Shown here: piece after piece, positions 11,197-25,300 of the stretch
Numbering within the stretch: position 1 is the stretch's first letter
Layout of the letters: every line of letters begins with the position of its first letter
Source: Escherichia phage vB_EcoS_Uz-1
Sequence record: OP312987.1
Strand: one strand, 5' to 3'
Length of the DNA stretch: 64,000 nt
The notes under the pieces: model-generated
What the model was told of the DNA's origin: nothing
Database searches by the model: none
What the model saw: the letters and a program-made list of their open reading frames with translations, nothing else
Made by a program: the position numbers and the translations under genes

Positions 11197-13850
11197 ATGG
11201 GCTTATTCAGTGGGAAGACCAAAGTATACGTAGCATCCTCTGTCTATAACATGGCAGGGGATATACATAAGCGTCCAAACTATATGAAGACTGTAGTCAT
11301 CGGTAAGATTGTTGCTGATACAGGATTCACTATGGCAGATACTATCTCTGATAGTTATCTGAATGGACCGGGTATTCGTATGCGACTGTTCTCCAGCTGG
11401 AGTAAGAACCACTATGACTCAGAAGTTGGTATGGCAGGAGCTTCATTAGGTGTGCTGGCAAAGATTGACCCTACTGTTATAGAGGGTCAAATTACCCCAC
11501 CTGCTGGAGAATCAGTCTATGTTCAGGCAGCAGAGATTGGCTTTGCTGACTTTGAGCAATGGTGTGACCAGTATCTTTATGAGAATGCTCCAAGTCGAAT
11601 CATGGAACGATTCGACATAGACATTGATGAAGATACCAATGAAATTACTATGACCTCCCTTGATGGAGGTTCTACCATTACATTCACACCTACTAACTTT
11701 GAACCAGGTGCTTTATATCTCTATGCTGATTACTCATTCTATAAGTCCCCGGCTACCAATCCACCGGTAGTAGGACCGACTACTGTCTATGATGATGAAG
11801 ATGACTTACCGTCTACTTTGTTGTGGACTACCATCTCAAGTGATACGACAGCTAATACAACCAATCTTACTAAGACTATACAGACCCATTCTGTTTACTC
11901 TGATGGTAGGCCGGATGAAGACAGTACTGTTACTGAACCAAGTGTGGATAACTGGAACTCTTATGTTAAGGTTTACCGTAGAGGATTCACTGAAAAGCCT
12001 GATGACGTAACTGTAGTTGTATCTGACAGAGTAATGACTCATACAAAGTTTGGTGAGGTTCAATCCAGTACTACTGTAACTACCAATGTTGTTAATTTAG
12101 GTGGTGGTGTTACTCGCACTGACACAATCACCACAACTACAGAGACACTGGTTCGTAAGTACTCATCCCAGACTACTCGTACTGATACTGAGATGACTGC
12201 TGTTGGTACACCTAAGATGCTTATCTATAAGCAGAACTCTGGCAACGTTGCACTTGATTCCCTGTTTGAGACTGAAGCTACTGATAATCGATTCTACCAT
12301 TTATTCCAATCAGGAATGATAAACAATGGGTAGAGAATGACCCAATCTATCCTCACTGTAAGAAGGCACTCTATAAAGCTACTGGTGGTAAGCTCAATAA
12401 AGTAGTGACGGAGCTTAAGAAGAATGACGACATAGGTGATATTCAATACATCTATGGTACATTTGGTGTATCTCTTAATACTCCAGAAGATACGGCTAAG
12501 GAATACATCTACCGTTTCTTTCAGATGGCTACTGAAGCATTCCCACCTGACCCAACTTACCCTACATTGGAAGCAGTGATTGCAGGTTATCAGGCAGCAA
12601 ATGATGCAGTCGATGCATACGTAGAATGGTGGAACAGGCAGGAAGGTCAGATTGTTGGAACACCTCCATCTCTTCCAGAATACCCTGTTATACCTAAGCG
12701 AGAGTTTAGGATACATAGTAATAAGCAGTATAAGTACGACATGACCATTGGTTGGAACTACGTGTCTGAAACTACCCATTCCGGTGAAGCATGGGCTGGT
12801 GCTAAGCAAGGACAACTTCGAGCCAGATATGCAGGAGATATAACTCTTACCCGTAAGAACATACGTACTGCTAGTACCTACTGCTATGCTAACAAACTAG
12901 AAGTTACCACTACGTTTTATTCTATGCAGGAATACGAGTTACTTTGGCAGGATGGTAATGACACTTACCGTAAACTTAGAGTACTGGGTCTAAATCACAA
13001 CAATAGGGTATATAAGAATAAATCAGTAAGTATTGATGTTGCCGAAGCAATGGGAGATGCAGAGGAGAGTGGGTTCATTATCCCACTACACACTAATATT
13101 TACCGTTCAATGTCACTGGTTCGTAGTACACAACTGTCTACTGCCTGTTCCTACTTAGTGATGAACTCATACAAGAAAGTTAAGCAGAAATGGTATCAAA
13201 CCTCTGCTTTTAAGATTGTGGTCGTTGTAGTTGCTGTCGTTGTATCTGTATTCACTATGGGTACGGGTGGTGCAGGTATACTTGGGGCATATGGTGCAGT
13301 TGGTGCATCTCTGGGTTTTGTTGGATTAGCTGCTGTAATAGTTGGTGCTGTAGCAAACGCCATAGCTGCAATGATTCTGGTATCCATTATTACTAAAGTA
13401 TCTACTTCACTGTTCGGTGATAAGCTAGGTTTTATCATTGCTGCTATTGCCTCAATGGTAGCCATGAACGTTGGTACTGCTTTGTCTACTGGTACATCCT
13501 TATCCTCCCTAGCTGGTGAAATGATGAATGCTCAAAACATCATGCAACTTACCAGTTCGGTAGGTAATGGTATTAGTCAGTATATTAATGCATCCACGGC
13601 TGCTACTATTCAGAAAGCAGAGAATGTAATGCAGCAGTACAATACTGATATGATGGCAATCAATAAGCAGTATGAAGAAATGTTTGGTACTGCTGGGCAG
13701 GGTGTAATTGACCCTATGCAATTTGTGTCAATGGAGTCGTTGGATTCTTTCCTCTCACGTACTCTTATGACTGGTTCGGATATAGCTGACATGTCTTTAA
13801 ACATGGTTGGCAGCTACTCTGATATGACTCTTAATACAGACCTTGTTTAA
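11197..13850 (+). CDS. large virion protein with a long G/A-rich hydrophobic segment; apparently split by a frameshift near 12290-12400
   Basis: Track ORFs 11197..12333 and 12405..13850 (GTG start). The downstream frame is open and protein-like for about 39 codons before its annotated start, overlapping the end of the upstream ORF. Combined length about 884 aa. Hydrophobic glycine-zipper-like stretch encoded around 13196-13470. Confidence 0.4.
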
Positions 13851-14307
13851 CAGGAGAATCCCCATGGATTTGTCATTCTTAACAGGCAACCAAACCCCAC
13901 AGCCAGCTGCTATGTCTTGGATGTCTAATAACAATCAGAACTTTAATACCCCAGCTATGAACTACAATCCGGGTGCAGCTATTGGTATGAATGCAGGTAC
14001 AGGATTAACTACCCCTACCTCTTTCTTATCTGGTTCAGCTAATCAGTTGGGTATGAACGTACCTACCTTCCAGCTAGGACTTGGTGCACTTGGTTCATTA
14101 GCCAATATCTATAGTGGTTTCCAAGCTAATAAGTTAGCCAAAGACCAGTTGAACTTTACTAAGAGTGTTACTAACACTAACCTGAATAACCAGATTAAGT
14201 CTTATAACACTGCACTGGAAGATCGTGCTCGTAGCCGTGCTACAGCAGAGAACCGTGACCAGTCTACTGCTGATGCTTATATTGCAGCTAATAAACTAAC
14301 TCGTTAA
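13843..14307 (+). CDS. hypothetical virion protein
   Basis: 154-aa ORF, N/Q/G-rich, overlapping the upstream gene end by 8 nt. Confidence 0.45.
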   Translation: MFNRRIPMDLSFLTGNQTPQPAAMSWMSNNNQNFNTPAMNYNPGAAIGMNAGTGLTTPTSFLSGSANQLGMNVPTFQLGLGALGSLANIYSGFQANKLAKDQLNFTKSVTNTNLNNQIKSYNTALEDRARSRATAENRDQSTADAYIAANKLTR

Positions 14308-14319
14308 TAGGAAACTATC

Positions 14320-15186
14320 ATGGCTCAGATAACCTGGCGTAATGTTGATGCACCTAACTTCTCTGGAGTTGGTGACAGCATTCGCACATTTGGCAACATG
14401 ATTGGTAACGCCACCTCCGGCTTAAGTGATGCACTGGGTAATTTCCAGAACGCTGCCAAGCAGGAGGCTGGTAATGCCGTCATGATGAATGCTATGCAGT
14501 ACCAAGACCCAACTGAGTATCGTAATGCATTAGCATCTGGTGCACTGTTTCAGGGGGTTGACCCTTCATTGGTAAACCAGCGTACTCTCCAGAATCTGGA
14601 TGAGCGAGCAGGTACTCTTCTGTCTCAGCAAGGTCAGCAGGGGATCAATGACTACAATGCTTATCGTTTTGGTCGTTTACAGAATACTGACTCTGCATTA
14701 GATAATGCTTCCCCAGCTATTCGTTTACTGTCTGAGGCTTATCAGTCTGGTGACCAGAATCGTATTAATGCTGCATTAGGTCAGACCCGTGAGGCATTAT
14801 CTGCATTACCTGCTGACCAACAACTGGATATGTTGAGTCGTCTACAAGGACAAGGTGGTCAGGCTATTAACCAAGCACAGAATCGTTTTGATTTGGGTGT
14901 GGCTCAACGTAATGATGCGGATAGTCAGGCAGCTATGGGTGTAATGTCACAGATTACCCGTGGTTCTGAGAACCTAATGATGCTCGTTTGTTGGCAGAGG
15001 CGTATAGTAAAAACCTGTCCCCTGTTGCACAGGCACGTTTACAGGAAATGCTTGCTCGTGCATACCGGTGTTTATGGTAATAATGTTGGTGCTACGTCTG
15101 CTCCGGGTACTGCTGGTACTCGTCAGGGTTCCCCTTATGATGTTACTTACCAATTTGCTGGTACATCTACCCTATTACTCAAATGA
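14320..15186 (+). CDS. hypothetical virion protein; possible internal compensated frameshift pair near 14975 and 15070
   Basis: 288-aa ORF. Between about 14975 and 15070 the annotated frame reads as garbage (LMMLVCWQRRIVKTCPLLHRHVYRKCLLVH) while the +1 frame reads protein-like (EPNDARLLAEAYSKNLSPVAQARLQEMLARAY) and is bounded by stops. Confidence 0.4.
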   Translation: MAQITWRNVDAPNFSGVGDSIRTFGNMIGNATSGLSDALGNFQNAAKQEAGNAVMMNAMQYQDPTEYRNALASGALFQGVDPSLVNQRTLQNLDERAGTLLSQQGQQGINDYNAYRFGRLQNTDSALDNASPAIRLLSEAYQSGDQNRINAALGQTREALSALPADQQLDMLSRLQGQGGQAINQAQNRFDLGVAQRNDADSQAAMGVMSQITRGSENLMMLVCWQRRIVKTCPLLHRHVYRKCLLVHTGVYGNNVGATSAPGTAGTRQGSPYDVTYQFAGTSTLLLK

Positions 15187-15446
15187 GTATTGGTGATGTA
15201 ATTAAACACCAGGATGGTATGAAGACGAACCAAGGTGCTTCACCTGTTGGTGCATTCCAAATTAACCAAGCTACTCTGAAAGACTTCGCTCCTAAAGTTC
15301 TTGGTTCAGATTGGCAAAGCCAGCCTCTTTCTCCTGAGAACCAGGATAAGATTGGTAAGGCTATCTTTGAGGCCCGTAAGAATGGCAACCTTAAAGATAC
15401 CTGGGCTGCACTTCCTAACTCTACCCAGGTGCTTATAAGGATATGA
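15183..15446 (+). CDS. hypothetical protein, ATGA-coupled to neighbours
   Basis: 87-aa ORF; start overlaps the upstream stop (ATGA) and its stop overlaps the next start. Confidence 0.4.
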   Translation: MSIGDVIKHQDGMKTNQGASPVGAFQINQATLKDFAPKVLGSDWQSQPLSPENQDKIGKAIFEARKNGNLKDTWAALPNSTQVLIRI

Positions 15447-16279
15447 CTTGGGAACAGATTAAACCTGTTATTGCTCAAGCCGAGGTGGGAGCTGACCCAC
15501 TCGCTATGGTTCAGAATAATCAAGGTAATCAGGCAGTATCTACTCTGGCTCAGGGTATGATTGGTACACGTTCTATGCAGGATAACACCGGTAGTCTTAA
15601 CACTGACTTCCTTGGTACTGTCACTGATAATACCCCAGTAGGTGAGATTGCTAACCGTTTGTTGGAAGGTGACTTTAAAGGTGCTGACCGTAACTGGGTA
15701 CTGAACCGACTGAATGATATTTCTCAACGTGGGAATATGTCACCAGCTATGGCTGCTGCTGTTATGCAACGTGCACAGACCGGTGTTCCAGAAGGTTATA
15801 TTAGTCGTGCTATTGATGCAGTTAACCCATTCATTACCAATGAAGCTGGTAATGGTATGCGTCTTAATGACCGTCTGGTAGATCAGTTAATTGAGGGTGT
15901 ACAACGTGGTGAACCACTGGAAGGTAGTGTGCGTAATCTTGGACGTGCTCAAGCTATGCAGAATATTCAGGCAGCACAGACTGCTTATGATGCTGCTGTA
16001 GCTGCACTGACAAATACCCAGAACAAGATTAACACTGGACAAACTGGACTTACTGCACTGTTACCTGCACGTCAGGAAGCTGTTACTAAAGCTGCTGCAA
16101 TGCTTCAAGCTGCCCAAGCTCAAGTACAGGCTGACCCAGCTAACCTGGCTCCAAGAGGTTTTCAGTCTCAGGCTAGTGTGGACAGGGCACGAGCCAAGGA
16201 AGATGAAGAACGTGCTGCACGATACTTACGTCAGGCACAAGGTTTGCCTGAGTATATGCAACCAAGACAAAATCGGTAA
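15443..16279 (+). CDS. hypothetical virion protein immediately upstream of the virion RNAP
   Basis: 278-aa ORF, A/Q-rich, ending 76 nt before the giant polymerase gene; may belong with the two preceding ORFs as one gene. Confidence 0.4.
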   Translation: MTWEQIKPVIAQAEVGADPLAMVQNNQGNQAVSTLAQGMIGTRSMQDNTGSLNTDFLGTVTDNTPVGEIANRLLEGDFKGADRNWVLNRLNDISQRGNMSPAMAAAVMQRAQTGVPEGYISRAIDAVNPFITNEAGNGMRLNDRLVDQLIEGVQRGEPLEGSVRNLGRAQAMQNIQAAQTAYDAAVAALTNTQNKINTGQTGLTALLPARQEAVTKAAAMLQAAQAQVQADPANLAPRGFQSQASVDRARAKEDEERAARYLRQAQGLPEYMQPRQNR

Positions 16280-16285
16280 TACTAA

Positions 16286-16310
16286 TAAAAGCCCTTCGGG
16301 GCTTTTTTCT
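16286..16310 (+). terminator. intrinsic terminator
   Basis: AAAGCCC-TTCG-GGGCTTTTTTC, a GC stem followed by a T-run. Confidence 0.5.
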
Positions 16311-16354
16311 TAACAGGCTTACTGTAGAGTAAGCTTCCTATATACGATATAAGT

Positions 16355-19300
16355 TTGAACAGGAAACATGCTATGTCAACATTTGACCGTCTGGCAGGTT
16401 TCGCAGACAGCATCACTAATGCTAAGCAAGTCGATGTCTCTACTGCAACCTCCCAGAAGCAAGCTGCACAAGGGCAAAGCCCTTTCCAATTAACCCCAGA
16501 GAATGCTTACAATCTCCAAACAGGTCGTGTAGGTAATCTTGGAATCGGTGCATTCGAACCAGGTTCACTTCAGGCAGATTTCACTCAAGCCTCCCCATTA
16601 GAAATTCTTAATAAATACGGTAATGAGCAAGGTCTACAGATTCTTAATAGCCGAGCTAATGCTGCTGATGCTGTACGTCAGGACTTATCTAAACAACGTA
16701 CTAACGCAGAAGCATTTGGCGATACTCTTTCTGGTGTTGGTCTTGGTGTTGCTAATACCCTTGGGGGCATTGCTGCTCTTGGTACAGGTCTGGTCAATGA
16801 TAATGCCGGGGCATCCATTGCTTCTGGGATGGATTGGCTGAATGAAGGTGTACATAATCTACAGTCTGATGCACTGAATGCTACCCGTAAGGTTGTTCAG
16901 AATCAGAACCAGATTTCTGCACAAAAGAACCAGAAGCTCTATAAGCAAGACATTAAAAATGGGGAGAGCAATTTAGTTGCCTCCTTGTCTCGTATTGGTC
17001 GTGACGCTTTTGATTCTGTTGCTAATACACTCGATAATGGTATGTCTGCTACTGACGGGTTAAGTGAGGGTGTTGGTTCCCTCTTTACTGGTGGTCCACT
17101 CATCCGTGGTGTATCTGCACTTGGTAAAGTAATGGTAGGTGGTAATAAAGCTGTTAAAGGCATTACCCTAGCTGCTGAGTTAGGTTCACGTCCTGCACAG
17201 GTTGCATTGTCTGCTGGTCGTGTTGCTGCACCTGCTATTGCAATTGGTGGTATGGAAGCAGGTGGTGCATACCAACAGACTGCTTCTGAAATCATGAAGA
17301 TGCCCATCAATGAATTGGCAAGTAAGTCTCCTGTTTATCAACAACATATTGCTGATGGTTTATCTCCTGATGAAGCACGTCGTCAGACTGCATCTGAGAC
17401 AGGTATCACTGCTGCTGGCTTAACTGCTCCAGTTGCTGCTGCTACCGGTCCACTGGTATCTCGCTTTGAACTTAACCCACTTAAGGTAGGTTCACTGGCT
17501 GGTGCTGGCTCTAATATGCTGCGTGAAACTGTAGAAGAAGGTATTCAGTCTGGTACAAGTCAGTTTGCACAGAACAAGGCAATTCAGGGTAATGTAGATG
17601 CTAAGCGTGATTTGCTTAAAGGTGTCGGTGAGCAAGCAGGTCTTGGTGCACTTTATGGCTTCGGTAGTGCTGGTGTTGCTCAGGCTCCAGGTGCAACTGT
17701 TAAAGCTGTTGGTGCTTCTGCTGGGCCTGCTTTACGTACTACTCTGGCAGGTGCTTCTCTGGTTGGTAAGGCATTAGCAAAAGTAGCCTCTCCTCTTACT
17801 AACATCCTGGTTCAACGTGGGGAAGAAGTTGCTAAGCGCAATGAGCAAGCATCCCCTGTAGCTGATGCTACGGTTAATGCTGCTGCACAGGAAGCTGCTT
17901 CTCAGGCAGAACAAGCACAGGCAACTGTACAGGAAGCAGTAGATGCAATGGACATCTCTCCAGAAGAGAAGGCTGCTGCTACCCAGTATGCTGCTGACTT
18001 AACTCAGGCAATGAAGTTTGACCCTGTAGAATTGGAACAAGCTAACCCAGTAATCCGTGAAGCTGTTTCTGGTTCCACTAACCGTGTAGAAGCTATTCAG
18101 AAAATGGCTGACTTGGTTAATACTGCTGAAGACCCTAACGTTCAAATGGAAGCTGCAATCCAGATGTATGACAATATCATGTCTATGGATAGCTTCATTA
18201 ATCGTGACCCGGGTGCTCTGGCTAATCTGGAACAGGGATCTCCTGCTGCTACAATCGTAGACCAGTTCTCCGGCCTGATGGCTAACGTACAGAATACCCC
18301 TAAAGTACTTCGTGCATTCCGTGCCATCCATTCCATGATTCAGGAACAGGCTGAAGCAGGTAAGCTGAAGGCTACTGAAGAAGCTAATCAAGCCCAAGCA
18401 AACAACATTGCTATGGCTGCCGATGTATCTCCAGAAGTACTGGATGCAGATTCAGTGAACATGGTTCTGAAACATGCAAGTGAAGGTAAGATTACACTGG
18501 GGAATCGTCAACGTGCTGCCCTGCAATCTGCTGCTGCCTTGTTACAGGGTGCACGAGAGTTCGACGCTAAAGCAGAAGAACTAGGCTTACGTCCTCAGGA
18601 CATTGTTAGTAAACAGATTAAAACCGACGAGTCTCGTTCTAATGAAGGACAGTACTCTGCGTTGCAACATGCGAAACGCATTCGTTCTGCGTATAACTCT
18701 GGTAACTTCGATTTGGCCTCCGCTTATCTGAGCGACTTTATGAAGTTCGCCCAGCACATGCAGAATAAGGTCGGAGCGTTGAATGAGCATCTGATTTCGG
18801 GGAATGCGGATAAGAATAAGTCTGTCCATTATCAGGCTCTCTCGCCTTCCCGTGAATGGGTACGTAGTCGTACTGGTCTTGGTGTCAATCCGTATGATAC
18901 CAAGTCGGTTAAGTTTGCCCAGCAAGTAGGACTGGAGGCCAAGACCGTAGCTGATATTGCTAACGCACTTGCTACGGCTTACCCGGAGCTTAATGTTTCT
19001 CATGTGAAAGTTACCCCATTGGATTCACGTCTGGACAAGCCTGCTGCCCAGGTAGTTAAAGAGTTCCGTCAAGGTGGTCTTGATGCCACTCAGTCTCAAC
19101 AGACTAATGAACCAGTGAATCAGGTTGATGAAACTCCTGCACCTGTGCAAGAGGCCACTACTACTGTACAGCCTAAAGCTAAACCAGTGGTAGAAAATAA
19201 GACTGTTCCTGTTAAGGAGACTAGTTCAAAAGCAGAAGAAGTCTCTACTACCGAATCCGAAAGGGATGCTTATGTGAAAGAAAATACTATTTCACAGGAC

Positions 19301-22300
19301 ATCCTCAATAAGAGTGGTGATCGTAGAGAGAGTCCTTGGCTCTTTGCTGATGGTACTGTTGTTGGTTCTAACGGTGATCACATTAGCCTGTCCGATGTAT
19401 TTGGTCACGATGGTTATCGTGATATGTCTCTGGACACTGGTGCTGTACGCTCCACTTTCTACAAAGGTAGTGAGCAACCATTTGTATCTCTGCAATTGTT
19501 TGATAATCAGAAGTTGACTGCTAAACAGTTTGATACTGTTAAGTCCTTTGTTGATGCTAACAATGCACTGATTCAAGTAGGTGTAGATACTTCTGGTCGT
19601 AATACCAATAACGTTGAGAAGGTAGAGGTATCACTGGCTCAACTGAAAGCAGACTATACTGTTGGTGGTAAACCTTTGTCTGAGATGGAAACAGTGTTCC
19701 CTGTTTATAACAATGACAAGACACCGAACCAGTTCCTTAAAGCATTTACCCTACCAGAAGAACCTAAGTCTCGTACCATTGGCTCTGAATCTCCTTTGAC
19801 TGATGTTAAGAAAGCACTGTCTTCTGCTGCTCGCTTTGAAGCATTCACTCAAAAAGAAAATAACGCTCTCACAAGTGATGTGATTAAGCGTTATCAGGAC
19901 TTAATGGACTTTGGTGAAACCCTGAAGACTACCCTGTCTGACCGTCTGACTAAGTTCCTTGCTAACAAGAATGTCGGTAAACGCTTTGCAGAAGGTACTG
20001 AGGCTAACCGTTGGGTAGGTGGTAAGTTACTTAACATCGTAGAGAAAGATGGGGATACCTTTAAGTTTAATGACCAGTTGTTAGAGACTGCTGTACTTGC
20101 TGGTCTGCAATGGCGATTGACTGCTACACAGAATGCTGCCGTTAAAGATATGAAAGACGTAGCTGCTATTACTGGTGTAGAAGCATCTCTGTTACCTGAA
20201 GGTATTCTGGCTGACTTCGAGAATGCTCAGACCCTGGTTGAAGCTACTAACTCACTGGCTCAAAAGATTGAATCTTATTGGGGTCTGAATCGTAATCCTA
20301 ATGCACCACTGGGTTATACCAAAGGTATCCCAATGGCAATGGCTACGGAGATTCTGTCTTCTCTCATTGAGATGGGTGAAGTTAAAGAATCTATGCTTGA
20401 TGTGTCTGAGATTGACCCAGATTCCAATAAGACTGTTGGTCTGTATACCATTGAGAAGCTGGATGACAATGATGCCATTAATAAATTCCCTACTGCTATT
20501 GAGGAAGCTGTCCTCTTAGAACCAGAAGAGAAAATGTACTTCGGTGACGACATTCCTTCCGTGGCTCAAACTCAGTTACGTAACCCGGCTGTTAAGAATA
20601 CCCCTGAGCAGAAAGCTGCACTGAAAGCCGAACAGGCTACCGAGTTCCGTGTACACATGCCGATGGTTAACTTCTATGAAGCATTGGGACGTGACAACAT
20701 TCTGGAACTGATGGGTGCTGGTACTCTTAACCCAGAACTACTGAACGTGAACACTGCTAAATCTCTGGAAGGTAAAAACCTGTCCGTATCCATGGCATAT
20801 GATTCTCTGTTTGGTGTAATCAGCCAGATACGGGAACAAGAGAATGGACTGGATACACCTATCCATTACGGTTACAACATGACCCGTGTAGGTCGTATGC
20901 AGATGCTTGGTAAGAACAACCCACAATCCAGTAAACTGGTTCGTGAAGCAATCTTACCGACTTTCTCTACTATCGACTTGAGTAATGAAAACAGCCAAGC
21001 GTTCTCTGACTTCCAGTTAGGACTGGCTCAGGCATTAGGCATCAAGGTACATAACATGTCCCGTGAAGCTATGTCTGAAAAGTTGACCAAGGCTCTGGAA
21101 GGTAATCTGAAACCTGCTGTTGATATGATGGTTGAGTTTGATAAGTCTGGGCACTTACCTGCTGATGCAGTAGATATTCTGAAGACCTCCTGGGTGGATG
21201 ATAAATCCTTCGTAGCTCTCATGGCTCTGATGGAATATGCCCGTTACCTGAACAGTGATGACCGTGCCAACTTTACTACTCCACTTTACGTTGAAGCTGA
21301 TGGAGTAACCAACGGCCCGATTAACGCAATGGTATTAATGACTGGTGGTAAGTTCACCCCAGACTGGATTAAGAATACTGCCAAAGGTGGCTTGTTCTTC
21401 GGCAAAGCTGGTAAGACTATGAACGAACATCGTTCACAGGATGACAGTGTTGACCTGTATGAAGCATCTACCAATGGTCTGCAACAAGCCCTGAATGAGT
21501 TACGTACTACTTACCGTAACAACGTTCCGGTTATGAGCCAGATGAATCATCTCCAGAAGTTAATGGACCTGTTCATCAAAGACTTTAACCTGAACGAAGA
21601 CGGTACTCTGGACCTGAAACGTGGTATCGCTAAAAACCCACTGACCATTACCATCTATGGCTCTGGTGCACGTGGTATTGCTGGCAAGATGGTTAGTGCA
21701 ATTACTGACACCATCTATGAACGCTTCAGTGACGTTCTGCAAGCACGGGCTGCTGACCCTAGCATTTCCCCGGCTATGGCAATGTTTGGTAAGGAGGCTG
21801 CGTCTGAGGCTGATGCTCAGGCTATGCTGGATACTTTCCTTACTTCTATGGAAGCACTGACTGGTAATGTTCCAGTTATGCGTAAAGGTGAATTGTCTAT
21901 TCAGCAAGTAGAGGGTGCTCTGACTGGTAAGTTAGACCCTCAGAAATTTACCGTATCCGGTAACGCCCTGAAGAACTTACAGGAGAACATGCTCCATCTG
22001 TTCGTTGAACCAATGCGTACTGGTATCCGTAATACTGTTGGTGAAGGTCTGATGCACTCTACCGAGAACTTGCAGAAGGCTACCCAGATTCAGTCTCTGG
22101 TATTGCAGGATATGTTCCAACAAGCAGTACAGGCTAAGCTGGCAGAAAAAGAAAAAGACCCAACCTGGAAGAAGGGTGATTTCTTAACCCAGAAAGAACT
22201 GAATGAAATCCAGGAATCATTGTCTCCATTGGCTCCAATGATTGAGACTGGTTCGCAGACTTTCTACATTGCTGGTAGTGAGAATACTGATGTTGCTAAC

Positions 22301-25300
22301 CAAGTGCTGGCTACCAACTTAGATGACCGTATGCGTGTGCCAATGAGCATCTATGCTCCTTCGCAGGCAGGTGTTGCAGGTATTCCATTTATGACCATTG
22401 GTACTGGTGATGGCATGATGATGCAGACCCTTTCTACTATGAAAGGTGCTCCGAAGAATACCCTTAAAATCTTTGATGGTATGAACATTGGTATCAACAA
22501 CATCACCGATGCAAGTCGTAAAGCTAACGAGGCTGTGTACACTTCCTGGCAGGGTAACCCTATCAAGAATGTTTATGACTCCTTCTCTAAGTTCATGAAG
22601 AATGTAGACTTCAGCAAACTGTCTGATGAAACCAAACAAGCCATTGCTAAGTCTGCTCTGGAATATGACCAGCGTGAAGGTGCTACTGATGACCTGTTAC
22701 GTGTTGGTGCTGAACAGATTGAACGTAACCTGCGTAACATTGCTCTGGGTGTAGATATTCGCCACAAAGTAATGAACCAGGTACAGACTACTGTTGACCA
22801 GATGGCAGCTGTAGGTGCTCCTTACGTTAATAATGGTAAAATCTCTCTGGAAGGTCTGACCGTAGACCAGCAAGTAGCTAAGCTGAACGAACTGTTTGAT
22901 GCTGAGTTAAACAAGCGTCGTGATGCAGTACGTGCTGCTAAAACAGAACCAGAGAAAGAAGTACCAGCAATGGAACAGGTTGGTCGTGTACTGAAGTCTG
23001 GTGTACGTCTACTGTCTAATACTGCTATCTCTAAGCTGGCTAAAGAGATGTCTCCGGAACAGCAAGCAGTATTGAAAGAAGTACAGAAATCCCTTGCTGC
23101 TAAAGACTACAAGGTTGTTTACGGTACACCTTCTCAACTGGATGCATACGCTATTGAGAAGAATATTACTCGCCCAGCACCGGAAGATATTGAAGCTGCT
23201 GAAGCAGGTAATGCGTATGGCTGGACTAATTTCGAGGATAAGACCATCTACTTAGTTACCCCTTCCTTAGAGACTCTGGTTCATGAATTGGTACATGCTT
23301 CTACTTTTGAATCTGTACTGGCTCACTATGAGGGTACTCCTAATGAAGCAGTCCAGAACATTGAAGACCTGATGAACCAGTTCCGTGCTCTGGATGTTAA
23401 GGATGAAACTCCGGCAGTACGCGAAGCATACGCAGATGCACTTAATACTATTAATGGTCATTTATCTAATGGCTTCATTGAACCAGCAATGGCTAAAGCT
23501 GCTGCATTAAATGAGTACATGGCGTGGGGCTTAACCAACCGTGAACTGATTAGTAAGCAGAAGAAAACTACTGCACTTAAGACTATGGTTCAGGCTGTAT
23601 ACGAAGCAATCAAGCGTCTGGTATTTGGGCGTAAGAAAGCACCAGCTAATGCAGATGATATGTTCTCAGGCTTACTGTTTAACTCTGCTGTAGTAATGCG
23701 TGGACAAGCTCCTACTGCTGCTGTAGCCAAAGATACTACCTTGTTCCATAACAAAGCATACGGTGACAATACTCGTCTGGAAGAGCTAGGGAAAACCTTT
23801 GATAAGTTGATTACTGATTACATTGGCTCAGAACCAGTACAGCAAGTAATTCGTAAAGGTAAGTTCTCTGATGCAGTAGTGAATGCAACTAAAGTAACTC
23901 GTGATGTTCAGGCTCATGGCTTCACTATGAATATGCAGGAACAGCGTCTCTTTACTAACATCGTTGCTGCTCTGGCTATTGAAGCTGCTATTAATCCTGC
24001 TGTCCCGGCTCGTGCACAGGAATACTATACGCATGTTACTAAGAACCTGACTGTTGAAGCATTCATGGCTGACCCAGATAGTACTAACCCTGCTGACCGT
24101 TACTATGCTCAACAGAAGTTCGATACCATCATGGGTGCTAACAACATTGAGTTTGATGCACAAGGTCGTTCTTCCTTACTGCCTACCTTTGTTGGTCTGG
24201 CAATGGTAAGTGAAGAAGTACGTAGAGTATTGGCTGACATTCCAGTTATGAAAGCAGATAAGCAATCCGGTAATACAGTTGATGCAATGCTGACTAACAT
24301 CGGTACTGCTGCAATGGCTAGTCTTAATGCTCGTGTAGCAGGTGATACCAAAGCTACCAACGTACAGGAAGGTATGGATGCACTGGCTCAGACAATCATG
24401 CAGACAAGTCTTAATGCACAATCCTTCTACGATTCCGTTGCTACTCCTAGTGGTAATGCTATTGATCGTGCTAACCAGTATCTGGTGGACTCTATTGATG
24501 TACTGTCTACCCGTGCTTTAGAAGGTGCTCGTGAAGTTGCAGCTAATACTAAGAACCCGTTGGTTAAAGGTGCTGCTCATGCTGCACAACTAATAGCTGC
24601 TATTGCCACAGAAAAGAATGGTGCAATCGTAGCTGAGGGTGTTATGGCTGCAATGAACCAGGGTAAGGTATGGCAACCTTTCCATGACCTGGTTAATGAC
24701 TTAACTGGTCGTACTAAGAGCAATGCTTCTGTATATGATTTGATTAAAGCAGTTCGTGCACAGGTACAAGCTGACCGTCAGCAGTTCCGTGAACATTTGC
24801 CTACCACTATCGCATCTAAGTTCAGCCGTAAGCTTACTAATGATGAGTGGAAAGCAATGCATACTGGTATGGGTAAAGCTGACTTAGCTGTTTTACGCGA
24901 CACTATGTCTCTGGCTGAAATCCGTGACTTGCTGACTGACCAGAAGATTGTTGACCGTGAAGTGAATAAGCTGGAAGCAGACTTGCAGAAACAAGCAGGA
25001 CGTAACTGGCCTCTGATTAGTCGTAAATCTAAGCAACTGGCTCAGTACATGATTAATGGCACAGTTGGTAATAATCTGCTGCGTAATGCTACTGCAATTT
25101 CCCGTATGCTGGGTGAACGTCAGGCTGCACGTTCTACTGTAGATGTAGCTCAACTGGATAAACTGATTACTCTGTATGCACTGGAAGCAATGAGTAAGAC
25201 TGACCGTGAGATGTTATCTTCACTGGCTCAGACAGAAGTTGAGGGAATGGACTTTGCTACTTCTTATCTGGTTGGGCAGCGTAAGGATGAAATGGCTAAA

